A DNA stretch of 64,000 nucleotides from contig OZ024756.1 of the NCBI GenBank assembly GCA_964016885.1, forward strand, positions 41,044,001 through 41,108,000. The letters run 5' to 3'. How positions within the stretch are numbered: the stretch's first letter is position 1; every line of letters begins with the position of its first letter. The translations under genes and the position numbers were made by a program. Source of the DNA: Eledone cirrhosa. Its lineage: Eukaryota. Positions 58,694 through 64,000 of this stretch are shown here, one piece after another. Below the pieces are notes generated by a model, which was not told the DNA's origin, ran no database searches, and worked only from the letters and a program-made list of their open reading frames with translations.

Positions 58694-59199
58694 AGTTTAC
58701 TGTAGTTTATTATAGTTTATTGTAACTTAGTGTAGTTTATTCCTTTCTACAATTCTTCCACTATTTCAGGTTTCAATTTTAATTTACGCCGCTTTTCTCT
58801 AGTTTTACCCCCTCCTTCAAATGTCTCGGAACTTCAGAAACTGTCACTTAGTTCCCCACCCCAGAGAACTCCTTAACACCACTCAGATGTAATAATTATT
58901 ATAATATTAATAGTTTCTGATGTAGACACAAGGCCAACAATTTTTTTATAAAATAAAATAAAATAAATTGTAATTATTTGATGCGTCTCTGAGACAAGAA
59001 TTATGTAGTTCCTCGTAATTTACGGCAGGTTTTTCAAGGCAGTGTTTATGAAATATATATATATTTTTTTTAAATCATAGGAAAAACATAAATTTCAACT
59101 TTTAAATTGTCCCAAACTTAATTAATCTTAAAATTAAATATTTTTTACTATGACACCCGTTTAAGTGACAGCTCCGACGTGAGTGTAAAAATGACAACA

Positions 59200-59690
59200 G
59201 AATTATGCTGCGGTTAGGACGAGAGCCATAACTTCTGCAGCCGAGCGGAGTAAGACCCTCAAATACTCTGTCGGCCAGCTACATTTTTCAGCCTGTGGCT
59301 TTCGAGACGTTTGGGGGAGTCGGGCCGCTGACTGCGAGGTTCCTCTCTTCACTGGCGGCTCGCCTAATAGAGGTAACTGGCGAATCTCGCGAGGGCGCTT
59401 GGCTGTTTCAGCACCTCAGCCTCGCCATCACCCGAGGCAACGCTGCGAGTGTGCTGGCTTGACTCAAAAATCATTAGAGAGGTTGCCCAGTACTCCTGGC
59501 TGCTGTCTTTTGTTTTGGTGTTGGCTCCGTTGTTCATCCCTTCCTTTACATTTTCTTTAATATTGTAATGTTATTTATATATTTAAAACATATTTGTTAT
59601 GTTATTCCACTGTAAATTTATTTATATGCTCTGTTTATATTTTCATTTTGAAGAATTGTAATGTTGTTTGAGCAACTATGAATAAAAAGC
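59200..59690 (+). mobile_element. CRE-clade non-LTR retrotransposon 3' fragment (restriction-like endonuclease C-terminus plus 3' UTR)
   Basis: AAERSKTLKYS, a frameshift, then SYIFQPVAFETFGGVGPLTARFLSSLAARLIEVTGESREGAWLFQHLSLAITRGNAASVLA* (stop at 59462). AT-rich UTR ends near aataaa at 59681. Confidence 0.85.
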
Positions 59691-59860
59691 TGTTATAATT
59701 GTATAAGGTCCGCAGCAACAATTAAAAACATCATTTAAATACCGGCGTTGTTATATATATATATATATATACAGGGTGTCTCCAAACATGTATACATACT
59801 TCAACATTCTAATAAATATTGTCAGTACAAGTAATCAAAGTTTGAATACATTTTTTTTTT

Positions 59861-59910
<50 letters not shown>

Positions 59911-60046
59911 GTGACTACATCCATCACTTTCTCCAGAATTAATACATTTTATAGAATTTTACACACACTGAATAACACAGAAACACACACACACATATAT
60001 ATAAACATTAAAATTGAAATAAATTTTTTAAAAAATGTTGTCTTGC

Positions 60047-60200
60047 CTTTACGTAATTTGAGAAGATTTGTAAAATACATGGCTCCGAATTGAACAATGC
60101 TTTTTGGTTGAGCTCGAAGAACCTCACGGGCAAAACCCTCTAGTAGTGCCTCGAAACCTAAAGGCACTCTAAGTTTGGTGTTTGAAAATGGCACCGACAT
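60047..60200 (-). CDS. SPA17: Sperm surface protein Sp17-like, first coding exon (RIIa dimerisation/docking domain)
   Basis: Translates MSVPFSNTKLRVPLGFEALLEGFAREVLRAQPKSIVQFGAMYFTNLLKLRK, closely resembling the vertebrate Sp17 N-terminus (MSIPFSNTHYRIPQGFGNLLEGLTREILREQP...). aaacATG start context. Exon ends in phase 1 at AAG|GCAAGA; an alternative in-phase GT donor follows 60053. Confidence 0.9.
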
Positions 60201-60382
60201 GTTTGGATTAATAAGTTATTCAATTTATATACTAATATTAATATATCTATAAAGATATATATGTTCTTTATAAAGGGTATAAAAATGGAAGCTTCACAAC
60301 AGCCAAAAGGAGTAAACTCAAATAAAGAAGATTTTATTTTTATTTTTATTTAAGACGCTCATGTTGTTACCAGGACGCTGTT

Positions 60383-60395
60383 GTAGCCTAGCAAC
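60383..60395. promoter_or_regulatory. RFX X-box upstream of the SPA17-like gene
   Basis: GTAGCCTAGCAAC fits GTNRCC(N0-3)RGYAAC. A half site GTTACCAGG lies at 60366-60374. About 185 bp upstream of the ATG in a CpG-containing patch. Confidence 0.7.
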
Positions 60396-60500
60396 GGGCT
60401 CGACTGAAACCGGATTAGCGGAATTGAGTGAATAAACGAACGAACGTTATTTGGAATTAAGAATCAGCTTCAGCTTGTGAGACAGCGCTGGTGTGTGTAT

Positions 60501-60533
<33 letters not shown>

Positions 60534-60828
60534 AGAGAGAGAGAGAGGGGGGGGGGGTATATATTAATTGAGAGGGAATATATATATTAATTGGTGGATT
60601 TATCTGTGTATATATACATGTATAGACAGAGAGAGATTTGTTACATATTTCTTTATTGGTCTTAATCATAAATTGGTCAAACATAGAGGAAAAGAAGAAA
60701 GGACTATAAATGCCATAACTGAGGGGAAGAGCAAGGATTCTTAAACAGAAGGAAGAAAGAACATGGAGAAAGGATGGCAGACTCTAAACATGTTAAATTG
60801 TTGGCCACAATGACAACTTATTGTAACT

Positions 60829-61468
60829 GTTGTTGGTGGTGGTGGTGGTGTTGTTGTTGTTGGCGGTGGTGGTGTTGGTGTTGCTGTTGGTGGTGGTGCT
60901 GTTGGTGGTGGTGTTGTTGGTGGTGGTGGTGGTGGTGTTGTTGGTGCTGTTGGTGGTGGTGGTGTTGGTAGTGGTGTTGTTGTTGTTGGTGGTGGTGTTG
61001 GTGGTGGTGTTGTTGTTGTTGGTGGTGGTGTTGGTGTTGTTGTTGGTGTTGGTAGTGGTGTTGTTGTTGGTAGTGGTGTTGTTGGTGGTGGTGTTGGTGT
61101 TGTTGGTAGTGGTGTTGGTGTTGGTAGTGGTGTTGTTGTTGTTGGTGCTATTGGTGGTGGTGTTGTTGTTGTTGTCGGTGGTGGTGTTGTTGTTGGTGTT
61201 GGTGGTGTTGGTGTCGGTGTTGTTGGTAGTGGTGTTGGTGGTGTTGTTGTTGGTGGTGTTGTTGTTGGTGGTGGTGGTGGTGGTGGTGTTGGTGGTGGTG
61301 GTGGTGGTGGTGGTGGTGGTGTTGTTGTTGTCGGTGGTGGTTGGTATTGGTAGTGGTGTTGTTGGTGGTGCTGTTGGTGGTGTTGTTGTTGTTGTTGTCG
61401 GTGGTGGTTGGTATTGGTAGTGGTGTTGTTGGTGGTGCTGTTGTTGTTGGTGGTGTTGTTGGTGGTGT
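60829..61468. repeat. Compound (GGT)/(GTT) trinucleotide array
   Basis: Seen directly; abuts the 3' end of a minus-strand retroposon fragment. Confidence 0.97.
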
Positions 61469-61573
61469 TTAGCCCAAGGTCAGCTCTGAATGAGCAGACC
61501 TAAGGATCCAAAGCGTTGCTGGAGTACTATAGTCATAGTATATCTATGATTACATACTCTAGGTATTCTTCCT

Positions 61574-61803
61574 CATTGTCATCATCATCATAACCATCGC
61601 CATCATCATCATAACCATCACCATCATCATCATCATCATAACCATCACCATCATCATCATAACCATCACCATCATCATCATCATCATAACCATCACCATC
61701 ATCATCATAACCATCACCATCATCATCACCATCATCATCATAACCATCATCATCAATAGCGTCATCATCACCATCTTAACCATCAACATCATCACCATCA
61801 TTG
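61574..61803. repeat. (CAT)n array with higher-order aaccatcaccatcat units
   Basis: Seen directly. Confidence 0.95.
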
Positions 61804-61880
61804 TCCTCAAGACCCACATCTGAAGCCTATATTTTCCACATTGGTGTAGGTCAGATAGGTTTACAAATCCTACCACTCTG

Positions 61881-62341
61881 CTAGGCTACCCCTCGTCAGT
61901 AGGCTACCCCTCGTCAGTAGGCTACCCCTCGTCAGTAGGCTACCACTCGTCAGTAGGCTACCCCTCGTCAGTAGGCTACCCCTCGTCAGTAGGCTACCCC
62001 TCGTCAGTAGGCTACCACTCGTCAGTAGGCTACCCCTCGTCAGTAGGCTACCCCTCGTCAGTAGGCTACCCCTCGTCAGTAGGCTACCCCTCGTCAGTAG
62101 GCTACCCCTCGTCAGTAGGCTACCACTCGTCAGTAGGCTACCCCTCGTCAGTAGGCTACCCCTCGTCAGTAGGCTACCCCTCGTCAGTAGGCTACCCCTC
62201 GTCAGTAGGCTACCCCTCGTCAGTAGGCTACCCCTCGTCAGTAGGCTACCCCTCGTCAGTAGGCTACCCCTCGTCAGTAGGCTACCCCTCGTCAGGCTAC
62301 CACTCGTCAGTAGGCTACCCCTCGTCAGTAGGCTACCCCTC
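61881..62341. repeat. Minisatellite, 18-bp unit taggctacccctcgtcag, about 25 copies
   Basis: Highly homogeneous array with a recurrent C>A variant and one 3-bp deletion. Confidence 0.97.
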
Positions 62342-62462
62342 ATCACTATAAATCTTGAATCTGCCTCCCATCTCATAGCTGACATCTTTCAATGTTTAGT
62401 GTTTCACCTACACTACACAACTCATTCCCAGGGGCCTAGACACGCCTTCCCTTATCATTAGA

Positions 62463-62980
<518 letters not shown>

Positions 62981-63492
62981 GAGAGAGAAAGAGTTAGATA
63001 GATAGGTAAAGGTAGATGGATTTATCAATATATATATATAAAGAGAATATGTGTGTGAGAGAGAGAGAGAGTGGAGACATGCATACAAACAACCACAACA
63101 ACAACCACAAACAACAACAATAATAAAAACAACAACAACAAAGAGAGGAAGAGAAATTGAGAAAGAAAACAAAAGATTTCTTTAAATAAACATTAAGTAA
63201 ACATAGGCAGACTGGAAAGTTAAGATAAAATGTTCTAACGAGAGATTGGTATGGATAAAGACAGATAAAGTAAAAGGTAGAATATATTTTTGTGTATATA
63301 TATACACCTACACACAATAACACTTCATTTTCAGATTCATATAACATATATCATATATACATATATACATACATGTGAATATATATATATATATAACATT
63401 GAAAATGAAACCAAATACTGTTGATTATATATTTTAATTAACACGTTTAAAATTTCTTCACCTATCTTTATCTGAATTCTAAATACATATAT

Positions 63493-63730
63493 ATGGAGGA
63501 TGACCGCTGGGTAAAGAAGTGCCACAAAATCCCAGTGGAAGGAAGATGCAGTAGAGGAAGACCATGAAAAACATGGGGGGAGGTGGTGAGAGCTGACCTC
63601 AGATGGCTGAAGCTCACGGGAAAGATGACGAATGGAGGAGAGATTCTGTGCTTAATAAGACCCATCCCACCCTTGCAAGCAGGGAAAAGCGGACGTAAAA
63701 TGATGATGATGATGATGATGATGATAATGA
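63493..63730 (+). mobile_element. 5'-truncated RTE/BovB-type LINE 3' end
   Basis: Translates MEDDRWVKKCHKIPVEGRCSRGRP*KTWGEVVRADL, the RTE C-terminal G.R.RGRP.KTW motif. Followed by a 3' end matching the SINE at 1630-1968 and a (TGA)n tail. Confidence 0.85.
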
Positions 63731-63794
63731 TATTATAAAGTGAAATTACAGGAAGCCAAATATGTTGAATTTCCTTAATTATTTATTTCTGTAA

Positions 63795-63852
63795 ACACTA
63801 TGCACATTTCAGTTGCCAGGTTGCGTAATAACCCGGTGACCTCATCAGGTGT
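63795..63852 (-). ncRNA. Minimal type-I hammerhead ribozyme
   Basis: Minus strand reads acac-CTGATGA-ggtcaccgggtt-attacgc-aacctggcaact-GAAA-tgtgcat-a-gtgt. All core nucleotides are present; stem II has two mismatches. Confidence 0.65.
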
Positions 63853-64000
63853 AAATTGTGTAAGAGATGTATACCAACGGAATGATGGTAAACTTTAAGG
63901 AAACAAGCAGAGAGGAAAAAGTGTGTTTATGTTTTTGACCCAGAGACAAACGTAGTAGCATGTTGTTACAATGTCTCATATATATACATATATATATATA

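Noticed and set aside
59771-59810. tacagggtgt Tc1/mariner-like terminus (similar at ~11112)
   Set aside because: No matching opposite TIR or transposase found.
60774-62385. Poly-V/L, poly-W/C, poly-M and RGSLLT-repeat ORFs
   Set aside because: Translations of trinucleotide and 18-bp tandem repeats.

Overview
AT-rich, repeat-dense eukaryotic DNA. The SINE families and microsatellite load point to an octopod cephalopod (inference). Almost all listed ORFs are artefacts of (TA)n, (GGT/GTT)n, (CAT)n arrays or SINE copies. The one clear gene is a minus-strand SPA17-like (RIIa dimerisation/docking domain) gene. Its first coding exon is at 60200-60047 with a probable GC donor, a likely second exon lies at 54441-54390, and an RFX X-box sits just upstream. 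The rest of the window is probably its long intron(s) or downstream DNA; I found no IQ-motif exon. The non-coding DNA holds a young tRNA-derived SINE family whose target-site duplications all begin ATTA, relics of RTE, CRE, Vingi, piggyBac and hAT elements, and two minisatellites. The most notable signals are a series of minimal type-I hammerhead ribozymes, several in palindromic Penelope-like or retrozyme-like units beside (TA)n arrays, a candidate recursive splice site with a cryptic exon, and a recent 185-bp templated inverted duplication. All calls were made by eye; no searches or folding programs were run.
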